This document shows, one piece after another, positions 26,741-37,200 of a stretch of 51,161 nt of DNA. Source of the stretch: a virus; UHGV virus genome UHGV-0110138, one strand, 5' to 3'. The notes below the pieces were generated by a model. It saw only the letters and a list, made by a program, of their open reading frames with translations. It was not told where the DNA came from and did not search any database. Both the position numbers and the translations under genes were made by a program. The first letter of the stretch is position 1. Each line of letters starts with the position of its first letter.

Positions 26741-27751
26741 CTATGCTATATACCGTCTAAATGATGCCTTAACGTTATCTTCGTTGACAGTAACGTACAT
26801 CATTGTGGTATCAGGCTTCTTGTGACCAGCATAGGCTTGAATTTCTTGCAGCGGTATACCTCGACTTCCAGCATCCGTGAGTAGAGTTCTTCGAAACTTA
26901 TGCGGATGCGTGTGGATGTCGGACTTTTTACCTAGTTTCGACAACATTGACCATATAGCTTCCTTCCCCATGCGATTGTTTGGCTTCCGATTCGATACGA
27001 ATAACGCTGGATTCATGTCAGTTCGTGTCATAAGGTACTTCTTAAGGTGATAGGCACATTCATCCGTAAGATAGACTTTACGCTCTTTCTTACCTTTTTC
27101 ACCATAGATGATTACTTCCTTGTTGCCCCAATCAATGTCATTACGATTGAGCATCACAACTTCACCGATACGTGCTGCGGTACTGTACAGAAACTCCATA
27201 ATTGCAACGTCTCTTTGACATTCCGCATTACATCTAAGATGTTCTCTTTCTGCGGACGTAAACGGCTTTTTGATGCGCTGTGGCACTTTCATGTGCTTAA
27301 TACGTCTCATTGGATTCTTGGCTATAAATCCTTCGTCAGAGAGCCAACCAAAGAATGATGAGAAGTATCGTCTGATGGAATCCATATAGGATATGGACAC
27401 TTTTCTTGTCTCTTGGTACATTGCGAGATAATATCTAATGTCATTGGTGGTAATGTCCTCGAACCTCTTGTGCAGATAGTCTACTAGCTTGGTCACACAG
27501 TCCACATAGCGGTCAATCGTGCCTTGTGAGCAGTTCTCCAAGCGTTTACTGGCTATGAATAACTTTAGAATCTTATCCCAGTGCGCTTGACTTGTCACAA
27601 GCGAAGTGCATTCCTCTTGCAACTTCACTCCGTGGAATGAAATGTACAGCACATTCTCAAGTTTGTGTAGCTGTTCGTCAGTAAGTTCCTCTTGCATCAT
27701 GTTTACAACATTTTTGATGATAATATTAATGTCTTTTTCCATAAAAAACAC
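26741..27751 (-). CDS. Xer/Rci-like tyrosine site-specific recombinase (no phage-integrase arm-binding domain)
   Basis: Core-binding-like N-terminal region. Catalytic ARIGEV (R), HPHKFRRT (H-x-x-R), GHKKPDTTMMYV (H...Y). Confidence 0.8.
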   Translation of the reverse strand: MFFMEKDINIIIKNVVNMMQEELTDEQLHKLENVLYISFHGVKLQEECTSLVTSQAHWDKILKLFIASKRLENCSQGTIDRYVDCVTKLVDYLHKRFEDITTNDIRYYLAMYQETRKVSISYMDSIRRYFSSFFGWLSDEGFIAKNPMRRIKHMKVPQRIKKPFTSAEREHLRCNAECQRDVAIMEFLYSTAARIGEVVMLNRNDIDWGNKEVIIYGEKGKKERKVYLTDECAYHLKKYLMTRTDMNPALFVSNRKPNNRMGKEAIWSMLSKLGKKSDIHTHPHKFRRTLLTDAGSRGIPLQEIQAYAGHKKPDTTMMYVTVNEDNVKASFRRYIA

Positions 27752-28021
27752 CCCTTTCTAAGCCAATTATGACTCAAAAAGAGGTGAATTTACACACTTT
27801 TGTTAGTTGATGAAATCGGAGATTGCTAATTATCAGATTTGTTTTTTAGTAGTCCATGTTTGACCATTATCACTACTGATTCTGAACATCAATACATCAT
27901 TAGTATTGTATATGAGTTCGTGAAGTGTGTTTTCCCATTTCACAATAAAAGAGATTGATGTGCCAGTTGTTTTGATTGTTAGATCTTTGTATGTCCCTAT
28001 TTTGACATAATCCTTTAAGCT

Positions 28022-28037
28022 GTTACTATTTTATAAC
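28022..28037. repeat. inverted copy of the GTTATAAAATAGTAAC site, 14 nt past the stop of 28051-28530
   Basis: Reverse complement matches 25188-25202 and 25992-26006 (15 of 16) and the AAATAGTAAC at 24897 and 25701. Confidence 0.7.
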
Positions 28038-28050
28038 CGTATTGGAGTTA

Positions 28051-28530
28051 CTAAATTGGATACGTTACAGCACAATGATTATAAGATGATGTATTGTTCC
28101 ATGAAACATCACCATTTGTTCTTATACAAAGAGCAGCACCATTTTTGGAATAGTTACTTGTGTAAAGGTCTTTTTGTGGAATCAAATTGTTAGGCAATTG
28201 ACCTAATACTGTACCATCAATAATTTCTGAATTACTGTTAATGACTACTGTTACGTAACCATTTTTCAGTCTGTAATAAACATAATGTTGATCATTTAAT
28301 GATACCCATCCGCTATCTGCTTGATTACTATTTAATTCATTAACTGCCCCGATCAAAGTCTTGTCAGTTGTTCCTAACTTTGCGATAACTGCCGTAGTCA
28401 TCTTATCGACAACATAATCCCATATCTTGCTCATTAAGGTACGCTTATTTGCCTTGACGTCTGCGTCAAGAATCATTAATTCGTCATTGTCTTCCAGTGT
28501 TTCTTTTGTAGTGTAGTCTGTCCATTTCAT
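28051..28530 (-). CDS. tail-fibre-tip / receptor-binding-like protein
   Basis: 159 aa, beta-rich Asn/Ser/Tyr-rich C-terminal half. RBS AAGGAG. Last gene of the tail cluster. Confidence 0.45.
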   Translation of the reverse strand: MKWTDYTTKETLEDNDELMILDADVKANKRTLMSKIWDYVVDKMTTAVIAKLGTTDKTLIGAVNELNSNQADSGWVSLNDQHYVYYRLKNGYVTVVINSNSEIIDGTVLGQLPNNLIPQKDLYTSNYSKNGAALCIRTNGDVSWNNTSSYNHCAVTYPI

Positions 28531-28532
28531 GA

Positions 28533-28772
28533 TTAATTCTCCTTATCCTTATTCTGAATCTCTTCTACAATGGCATCTGTCTGTTCTGCCATAAAAGCTA
28601 CCTGTTCTCTATACTCATCCTCAAGTAAAGATTCAATGATTAAGCTGATAACAGCACCGTCCAAGCCATACTCACTTGTCGCAGTATTGATGGCTAGTCG
28701 GATATAATTTCTGCATTGATTCACACGAAAATTGAAAGGTAACGTAACCTTTTCTTTCTTTTCCTCTGCCAT
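28533..28772 (-). CDS. hypothetical tail-associated protein
   Basis: 79 aa. Confidence 0.4.
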   Translation of the reverse strand: MAEEKKEKVTLPFNFRVNQCRNYIRLAINTATSEYGLDGAVISLIIESLLEDEYREQVAFMAEQTDAIVEEIQNKDKEN

Positions 28773-28784
28773 GATTGCTCCTTT

Positions 28785-29084
28785 CTAAAGTATCTTCCAC
28801 AAATCCTCGGATTCCTCTGGCGAGTTTGCTTGTGTAGTGGTATGAGATTTCATACATTTACACAACACAAGGTTTTCCTCAATCTGCGGTTCTCCATCAT
28901 CAAGTGCTACTGTGGCAACCGCATTGGATACACGTACCGCATAGCGTTCACCCTCTTTTACTTCCATGCCCTCTTTCCAAACAGGGAAACAGCACGGCAA
29001 GGATGTCGCCTGTTCGTCTGTAAGGTTACTGGCTGTCAGTTCGATAAGTTTTCTAATCTGCCTTGCAGCTTCTGTCATGCTCAT
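28785..29084 (-). CDS. hypothetical tail-associated protein
   Basis: 99 aa. Confidence 0.4.
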   Translation of the reverse strand: MSMTEAARQIRKLIELTASNLTDEQATSLPCCFPVWKEGMEVKEGERYAVRVSNAVATVALDDGEPQIEENLVLCKCMKSHTTTQANSPEESEDLWKIL

Positions 29085-29293
29085 GATTCTTCTCCTAGTA
29101 AAATTTTTAACGCTGTGTCTGTTTCGCTAACGAAAATATCTTCTACATTGTCCGGCTCGATAATTTCATCATCAGCTTCAACAATAATCATTTCTCTGTC
29201 TTTACATTTCATTACTTCTTTTTTCATTACATTTGCTCCTAACTGTGCCATGCTGCCTTTACGAGAATTCCATTTTTGAATGTCATATAACAA
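29081..29293 (-). CDS. small acidic hypothetical protein
   Basis: 70 aa. Confidence 0.35.
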   Translation of the reverse strand: MLYDIQKWNSRKGSMAQLGANVMKKEVMKCKDREMIIVEADDEIIEPDNVEDIFVSETDTALKILLGEES

Positions 29294-32200
29294 CCAGAAT
29301 AATCTTGTTTTGTCCCATCACTTTCCTTGAAACGTTGCACAAAATTCATAGTTCCAGTAATTCCTCCGTCACCAAACTTAGCGTTCAGCAATTTGTAATT
29401 ATGCATATCAATGTTACATCCCATGTTTATAGAGTCCGCTGTAAAAGATGAAAATGATTTACGAGCATATGTCATTTTCATAGCATAGCTAGTAGATGAA
29501 GGTGTGTCTTTCGATGCCCACGTCATATAGTGACCACCGTCGTCAAGGTCAAAATTCAATCCTCTTATAGCAAAATTTGTGTCGGCAAACCCGTTGGTTC
29601 CTATCAGCCCAACCTTGTTTGTTTCGTACCAATATTGGTTGTATCCGGCAGTCATATACACTGTTCTGAGTATATTTGTAGACCTGATTGTTCCATCAAT
29701 CTCAGCACCACTACATTTTAAATATCCTGTTGGTGACATACTTGAGCCTTCCGACTTCCAGCTAATGCTTTTTGCTTGCATTCGGATAGAGTCTGCTTTC
29801 TGCTCGATGATGGATTCTACATCTTCTGAGGATACCTTTAATTTGATCTTGTCTTTGAGAACCTCGATATCAGCCATAGCCTTATTGGCAACTGTATCAT
29901 CTGTGTACTTCGTTGCAAGCACCCAGTCAGAAGAATTATAATTTCCACTGGCTCTTGCGGTTTTGCAACGCATCAGATCACCTGTGCTTCCTTGCGTCCA
30001 CAAGTCTCCAACATCGTAAGGTGGCACAGGAGTTGTAATAAAGTTTCTTCTCTTACCGTCTGCGGTATCTTGCGCCTTTGATGCTGTTTCCATCGCAGAT
30101 ACGATGTCTGCATCTTTCACTCTCACCCACTGATAAGATGTATCGACTTTCATATAGCGATAAGTGAAACCTTTGCTCTTCCAGAAGAAGAGGTCACCAA
30201 CGTGCTTCTGTCTTTCGTAAGCTATAGTCCACTCAGATGCCGGATGGTTTGAATTCGTAGGCTCATAATCGTAATAGTACGTATCAATCTTTCCATCAAT
30301 CTGATTTTGGATATCTTCAATTTTCGGATCATAAATGTTTTCGATGAAGTCCGTTACTGTAGAATCGTCTGTATAATTATCTTTCTTCTGCCAATCAGAC
30401 GCAACGAATTCTCCGCTGTCACGGTCAACTACACATGTAAGGATATCTGTACCGGTAAACCACGCATCACCAACGTTATAAGGTGGCTTCGGCTGTGTCA
30501 CATAGATGGATGACTTACCGTCAATCTCATCAAATACAGAGTCCGGAACTGGCATTTCTTCCCAATTTCCGCTTCTGTAGATGTATTCATCACCAGTTTT
30601 GGAATTCTTCCACAAGTCACCCTCATGAGTCGCTTTCTCGGTTTCCACAGTGATTGTGATAGTTTTTCCACTAACATCTAAGATTTCATTCCCGTTTACA
30701 TCGCAAAGGGGCTGTGTTTCTTTTCCAGTCCAATTAAGTGACGGGTCAGTAGGTTGGAACCAGGTTTCTATCTTCTGATCGATCTGATTCTTGATATTCT
30801 CAAGGTCAGCAGCATAAGTATTCTTAACAAAGTTATTGATTGCGGAATCATCTGTGTACTTGGTAGCCTTAACCCAATCAGATGCGACATACTCACCGTT
30901 CTGACGTGATGTCACGCAACGCATAAGATCTCCATTTGTGCCTTGTACCCACAAATCATCCTTGTCATAAGGCGGATAAGGTGTCACGCTAAAGACACGC
31001 TTCTTTGTAATAGCAAGGTTCTTAGCAGCCTTTGCTTCTGCATCACTTAGTATTGACCAAGATGCGCCATTCCAACGTTGTGTGGTCTCTTCTTTTGAGT
31101 TGTACCACAAGTCTCCTACATGCTTCTGCTTTAGCTCTTCCGTAGTCCACGTAGCTGACGGATCAGTAGCTTGATTGTATGTCTCAATCTTGCCATCAAT
31201 CTGATTCTGCAAGTCTTTATTGACCGTTTCCAGTTCTTTTTGCACTTCGTTGGCTCTTGTATCATCCGTGTACTTAGATGCCTTTTCCCAGTCATCCACA
31301 GCGTATTCAGAAGAATCACTCTTAGGTACTCGGCATCGCATGATGTCACCATTTTCGCCCTGCATCCATAAATCGCCAATGTCATAAGGTGGCTGAGGAG
31401 TCACTACAAATACTCTTCGCTTGTGGTCTGCGGTATCCTGTGCTTTCTCCGCCACTGCAAGTGCTTTCGTAATGTCTGTATCCTGTACAAGTTGCCACTT
31501 CCATGTTGCTTCATCTTTCATGAACCGATAGGCAAATCCTTTTGACGACCAATAGAAAAGGTCTCCAAGATGCTTTTCACGTTCCGTTGATGTTGTCCAT
31601 AAAGAAGCTGGCTCATTCTGTAATGTTGGTTCGTAATCGTAATACCATGTTTCTATCTGACCATCGATCTGACTCTGTAATTCTGCAATCTTTGGATCAT
31701 ATACCGCAGAAATGAAGGTATTCAATCCACTATCATCCGTATACTTAGTCTTCTTCTTCCAATCGGATTTCACACACTTTCCAGTGTCTCTACTTTCTAC
31801 GCAAGTGAGTAGTTCCTGTGTATCTGCGTCAAACCACAAGTCTCCTACTCTGTAAGGTGGTACTGGCTCGTTGATGAATGTCTGCGCTTTTCCATCAATC
31901 TCATCAAAGACTTCATCCGGAACTTGCATCTTCACCCAATGCCCGGACCGATAAATATACTCATCATTCGTAGACAGGTCTTTCCATAAGTCACCTTCGT
32001 GCTCTGACTTTAACTCTTCAAATAAGAGTGTTATTTCATTTCCGTTGACATCAAGGATTGGATTTCCGTCTATGTCGCACCAAGCTTTTTCAACAGTGAC
32101 TCCCCAATTCACCGATGGATCTATGTCCTGATACCATGTTTCAATTTTGTTCCGGACGGAGTTTTTAATCTCGTCCATATCTGTCTTGTAAATGTTGGTT

Positions 32201-33834
32201 ACAAAATCATCTACAATACCATTGGAAATATCTTCCACAGACTTACCGGTGATGGATATTGACTCTGCATTGATGGTAACTCGTCCTGTCTCCGTATCAG
32301 CATAGAATGTAATGTTTCCATTCTTATCTTTTACAGTGAGAGAACCTGAGTTGATATAATCAGCATTAATGCCGATAGCATACAAGATTCTTGTTATCAG
32401 GTCTCCTGTGAGGAATAATCCGTAAGGATACGTCTTACCGCCATCATTTGATATACCAATGGCTTCAGATGTAACTTTGATTACATTCTTGGACTCTTCT
32501 ACTGTCGGCTTATCATGGATGTATGTAATCATACTTCCGTCCGGCTGTGGTGATTCTGTCGAATACATTCCAGATGCATTCTCAAGTGTCTTATTCAGAT
32601 TCTCAACAGCTGCTTCAAAGTCCGTCTTATTCTGCTTGATTTCCTTATTAGCTTTTTCATATACCTTTGTAGCTTCGCTATAATAAGTACTCTTTTGACG
32701 TTCCGGATCTTTGATTCCGCAAGAAAACGAACTACTTCCGAGATAATTGAACTCGTTGGATGTGATAAATGTTGGATAAACTTTGTCTTTCCGGTCTACC
32801 ACGCAAGCCAAATCCATGAATTCGATCGTTGGATCAGGGAAGAATTCTCCACTAAAACCTCTCAGCTTAACTCCGATCAATACATCTCCAATCAGATTGA
32901 TTGCATCATCTTCATGTCCTTCAATAAGAGGATTCGTGATTTCAAGTGCATAATCATCTGTACCTCTTATTAAGATTGTACTCTCGTTTTCTACTTTCTT
33001 TGTGGTCGCAATTCCAGTGATTACAACAGGATCTGTGCTAATGTCCGGATCTGACTGATAGTCCATCAAAATGCTATAGCCAGCATCTTCCACTAAGTCA
33101 TCCCTATTTGTAATCTTCGATATTGCAGAAAAGTCGTAACTCTTAATAACAAGTGTTCCGTTCTGAATCACAGCATTACCAACGGCAAGCATTGCGATAT
33201 ATCCGATTACTTCTCGGCAAGTCACTTTTTCCGGAGCCTGTTCAATCACAAAATCATCGTTCTTAAACTTCGGACTTCCAAGCATGATATTACATGCACT
33301 GCACGCTTCTCTTAGAAGCTGTCCAGCTGTTGTTGGATAAGATAGCTTAGACGTGAAGTCTACATCTGCTTTGTACATTGAATCATAACCTACAAGTTCT
33401 ATCGTATCTCCAACCGCTGTTGGCTCAAGTACTGTAAATGTACCCTCGTTTAATCTCTCGATTCTTGATTTCGTCAGCATAATCGTGTTGCCATTGACAT
33501 CGAGAATTTCCCCACCTTTCACATCTCTCCATGCATCATAGCTTCTACTTTCGATGTCAACTTCAGTGAAGAGTGAAATCTGTGCATAGTAAAAATCATA
33601 CTTGGAAAATCTCTCATCGATGTTATCAATGACAAGCGTAACGGACTTGGAGAGAGCGGATCCCAGTGGGAATCCATCTCCTCCGTCTTCTGTGTATCCA
33701 TTACCGCTTATGAAGAAATCGTTATCCGAATCAAGTGTAAGCTTTTTGCCATTTTTCAGTGTGATCGATGCATAAGCATAAAACGGACCGCCTGACTTTA
33801 TGATGTTTTTAAATTCGTTGCTTACATTCTTCAT
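29239..33834 (-). CDS. tail-associated lysin / tail fibre protein (Tal-like, prophage-tail-endopeptidase-type N-terminus) with five internal repeats
   Basis: 1531 aa. N-terminus is typical of siphovirus tail-tip proteins. Five units of about 150 aa each carry the P(V/Q/K)PPY.(V/I/K)GD.W and G..GD.(M/L)RC motifs. Confidence 0.8.
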   Translation of the reverse strand: MKNVSNEFKNIIKSGGPFYAYASITLKNGKKLTLDSDNDFFISGNGYTEDGGDGFPLGSALSKSVTLVIDNIDERFSKYDFYYAQISLFTEVDIESRSYDAWRDVKGGEILDVNGNTIMLTKSRIERLNEGTFTVLEPTAVGDTIELVGYDSMYKADVDFTSKLSYPTTAGQLLREACSACNIMLGSPKFKNDDFVIEQAPEKVTCREVIGYIAMLAVGNAVIQNGTLVIKSYDFSAISKITNRDDLVEDAGYSILMDYQSDPDISTDPVVITGIATTKKVENESTILIRGTDDYALEITNPLIEGHEDDAINLIGDVLIGVKLRGFSGEFFPDPTIEFMDLACVVDRKDKVYPTFITSNEFNYLGSSSFSCGIKDPERQKSTYYSEATKVYEKANKEIKQNKTDFEAAVENLNKTLENASGMYSTESPQPDGSMITYIHDKPTVEESKNVIKVTSEAIGISNDGGKTYPYGLFLTGDLITRILYAIGINADYINSGSLTVKDKNGNITFYADTETGRVTINAESISITGKSVEDISNGIVDDFVTNIYKTDMDEIKNSVRNKIETWYQDIDPSVNWGVTVEKAWCDIDGNPILDVNGNEITLLFEELKSEHEGDLWKDLSTNDEYIYRSGHWVKMQVPDEVFDEIDGKAQTFINEPVPPYRVGDLWFDADTQELLTCVESRDTGKCVKSDWKKKTKYTDDSGLNTFISAVYDPKIAELQSQIDGQIETWYYDYEPTLQNEPASLWTTSTEREKHLGDLFYWSSKGFAYRFMKDEATWKWQLVQDTDITKALAVAEKAQDTADHKRRVFVVTPQPPYDIGDLWMQGENGDIMRCRVPKSDSSEYAVDDWEKASKYTDDTRANEVQKELETVNKDLQNQIDGKIETYNQATDPSATWTTEELKQKHVGDLWYNSKEETTQRWNGASWSILSDAEAKAAKNLAITKKRVFSVTPYPPYDKDDLWVQGTNGDLMRCVTSRQNGEYVASDWVKATKYTDDSAINNFVKNTYAADLENIKNQIDQKIETWFQPTDPSLNWTGKETQPLCDVNGNEILDVSGKTITITVETEKATHEGDLWKNSKTGDEYIYRSGNWEEMPVPDSVFDEIDGKSSIYVTQPKPPYNVGDAWFTGTDILTCVVDRDSGEFVASDWQKKDNYTDDSTVTDFIENIYDPKIEDIQNQIDGKIDTYYYDYEPTNSNHPASEWTIAYERQKHVGDLFFWKSKGFTYRYMKVDTSYQWVRVKDADIVSAMETASKAQDTADGKRRNFITTPVPPYDVGDLWTQGSTGDLMRCKTARASGNYNSSDWVLATKYTDDTVANKAMADIEVLKDKIKLKVSSEDVESIIEQKADSIRMQAKSISWKSEGSSMSPTGYLKCSGAEIDGTIRSTNILRTVYMTAGYNQYWYETNKVGLIGTNGFADTNFAIRGLNFDLDDGGHYMTWASKDTPSSTSYAMKMTYARKSFSSFTADSINMGCNIDMHNYKLLNAKFGDGGITGTMNFVQRFKESDGTKQDYSGCYMTFKNGILVKAAWHS

Positions 33835-33890
33835 GATCTACCTCTAACTATTTAAGGTCAGCGAATATCTCTTTCGATATCCGGTGAAAT

Positions 33891-34274
33891 CTATAACACC
33901 GGCTTTTCCGATGTCACTTGAAAACTCAGCTCATCCAGTTTCTCTTCGCCTTCTACTAAACTGACACATGGAGCATTAAAGTTTGCTGCGTAAAATCTTT
34001 TGGTTTCCCATCTATTCTCGTAAATATTAAGGTGAAAGAAGTCGAATCCGCTCTTTCCCATAACCTCTTTGAGAATTTTGCTTGCATCACTTACCTTGAT
34101 GTCACTCCATTTCAGCTCATACGCTTCGATCGTGAATAGAGGAGAGTTCTTCATATTTCCCCTCATGGTTCTTCCTGAGTTTTCAGTGGAAGTAGTAGAC
34201 ATTGATATCTGGTATCCGTCCTCGTCCACTTCCGGTGCTGTGTACGAACCGAATTTCAAGTGATTCTGTGCCAT
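33891..34274 (-). CDS. tail component (distal-tail-protein position)
   Basis: 127 aa between the tape measure and Tal. Confidence 0.45.
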   Translation of the reverse strand: MAQNHLKFGSYTAPEVDEDGYQISMSTTSTENSGRTMRGNMKNSPLFTIEAYELKWSDIKVSDASKILKEVMGKSGFDFFHLNIYENRWETKRFYAANFNAPCVSLVEGEEKLDELSFQVTSEKPVL

Positions 34275-34285
34275 GTTCTACCTCC

Positions 34286-37200
34286 TTAAGCCATCACAAA
34301 CGGATTCTTTCCTGTCTGCGTTCTCATGTTCTGTCCTTCCTCTAATACTGCCTTTGCAATCTGTCTGCGGTTTAGATATACAGGAACTTCAATTCTTCGT
34401 GAGCCGTTTCCGGTTTCTTCCCTAACAATCTTTCGGATAAGGTTCTCAGGTGCTTCAATGTTGTTCCCACTCTTCTGATCTCCAAGTACTGCCATGAATT
34501 CCTTGTTTGGTGGAATCACAGCACCTTGAGCTAAGTAAGGAATATGTGGTGCACTCCAATATCCGATATGAAATCCGAGTGACCTAACACCGGTCAAAGA
34601 TGTAACCCAGCTAGGAACTGATACATTTATTTTATTCAATGCTTTTGCAACTCCGTTTTGCATAATCTGTGCTGCACGAAGCAATCCATTCATGAGTCCG
34701 ATAATCAAGTTGATTGGTGACTTTATGACGGAAACCATGCCATTCCAAGCACCGCCGAGAATATTCTTGATTCCATTCCATGCCTGTTCCCAATCACCGG
34801 CAAGAACTCCATTTACAAAATTAACGATTCCTGTAAATATCTGTTTTACAGCTTCGAAGATGTTTTGAATGTTTATTAACCAACCATTCATGAAAACACC
34901 GATAACACCGAAAGTTTTCACCCAATCAACAGAAAATACACTATCCAGGAACTTTGCAATTGGTTTCAGTATCGAGTTTTGAATAAACTTAAAAATTGCA
35001 TTGATAGTATCTCGGAAAGAACCAACTATAGTCGAAATTCCGCTCATAGCTTTCTTCCAATCACCTGTGAATACCCCTGTCAAAAAGTCAATGATCCCAT
35101 TCAGCTGTTTCAGAATGCTAGCTACTACTTGGGCCACAGTCCCAGCAAAATCGAAGAGCGTTGATCCTAACCATTCAATAATAGGAGCAATAACAGGAAC
35201 AATATTTTCAACAATCCAATTCATGACAGGAATTAAAACACTGTTCCATAACCAGTTCAGTATATCTATCAATCTTCCGATTAATCCGATTGCTTGGTCG
35301 ATGGCATTTCCTACCGGTCCACTCATAATCTCTTGGAACTTCTGTCCTAACATATCAAGAATCGGTGCGATATACTGACTGTACATATCTAGGACTAAAC
35401 CAACAAATGTAGAGATGCTGTTCTTCGTATTCTGAATAAACGGTCCAATATGCTCATCATACAGTTCTGTGAGCTTATCAGCTACTTTATGGACTGTATC
35501 TTCGATAGCCTGTGTTACTGTTTCAATCGGTTTCAGCGTGTCATTGATTGCATTGATAATCTTGTCTTTGTTCTCAATAATCGGTCCTGTGATAAAGTCA
35601 ATCACATCTTTTGAAAAGTTTGTCGCAAGGAGAATGACCTCTCCGAACGCTGTGGTAAATATGCCAATAATATTGCCAGTAATGTTCTGTGCTGTCTGTG
35701 ATCCGAATGTCTGTTGGAAGATTTCTGCGATTGTTGCACTGAAGTTTCCGATGATTGTCATAATCTCAGAACCTAAGTCAAACATCCTAACAAGCCATTT
35801 CTTGATTCTGCCAGTATTCTCGGTTAAGTAACTTTCGATACCGCCTACGATATTTTCTGCTATCGTGAGTCCAATTGAAGCAAATGAGCCTACGATTTTA
35901 CCCATATTATAGATAAACAATCTAGCGAATCTCTTGGCTGCCTTCCGCACATCTTCATCTGTAAAGATATCTTGGATATGCTCTCCGATAGACTTTAAGT
36001 CTTTCTTGAGTTCCTCAAGTACTGGCTTATAATCTCCAAGTCCGTCCCAGAACCCATCCACAAAGATGTCTCTGATCTGTTTCAGCTTGTCCAGTACAGT
36101 ATCAAGTAGTGATGCGAACTTATTGTCAATCGGTACTTCTTCAAATAACGGTCCAGATCCAGCTCCTCCACCACCACCTCCGGATCCACCAGGACCACTT
36201 CCAGAGTTCTGTTTGTCCATTCGGTTGATATCATCAAGTGGTGATAAGTAATCTTCCGCAGCTTCCGCAGCTTCCTTTGTTCCGTCTGCTGCATCTTTCG
36301 CACCGCTTGCTGTATCCTTAAGACTTCCGGCATAATCTTTCTGTACTGCGATTGCTTTCGTGTATGTACTCTTTCCGGACAGGAATGAGAAGAACATACT
36401 TACATAGCTTGCAGCTGTCGAAAGCATATCAATGAACTTGCTTAAGATTGGTGCTACTACACTTAGAATCGGTGCAAATGCTGTTGCTAGGCTATTCTTG
36501 AGCGTTTCAAGACTGCTCCACAACATTGAAATGCTACTATTTGTGCTACTTGAGTACTGTGCAAGGTTTGTAAAGCCATCTTTGATAGCATTGATTGCAG
36601 CCGAGAATGCTCTGAATGCTACGCTCATTAATAGTGACATTCCAAGCATTCTTCCAATGCTGAGTTTCGCACCATTCGCAGCCTTTCCAGTTTTTGCAAT
36701 AGACTTTGACGCTCTTTCACTTTCGCTGGCAAGTTTACGTTGTGCCGGTGCTGCACTCATCAATTTTTGCTTGTATTCGTCCACACTGCCTTTTACGGAA
36801 TTGTACGATGTGTGGAGTCGATTGTTCATATCAGCAAGCTTTCTTTCTTCTGCTTGCAATGTCCGCATACTGGCAGCGGCTTCTTGTGTCTTTGAACCAA
36901 GTGTAAATGCTCCACCAGATGCTTCTAAATCTGCTAATTCTGCTTTCGCATATTTGATCTCATTCTCTAGTTCTTCAATGTCATACTGCATCTTCTTAAA
37001 AGATGAGCTGTTCTTTTTACCGCCAGTAGCAAGGAATCTTTCCTGTGCGGATTCCAGTGAACTGAGTTTCTGTGTAGCTCTGTCAATCTGAGCCTGAATC
37101 TCTCTGTATTCCTCTGTTGGAATCTTCTGTTCACCATATTCAGCTATTTTCTTCTTAAGGTTTGAAACCTTCTGTTCCTGTGCAGCATATTCTTGATTCA

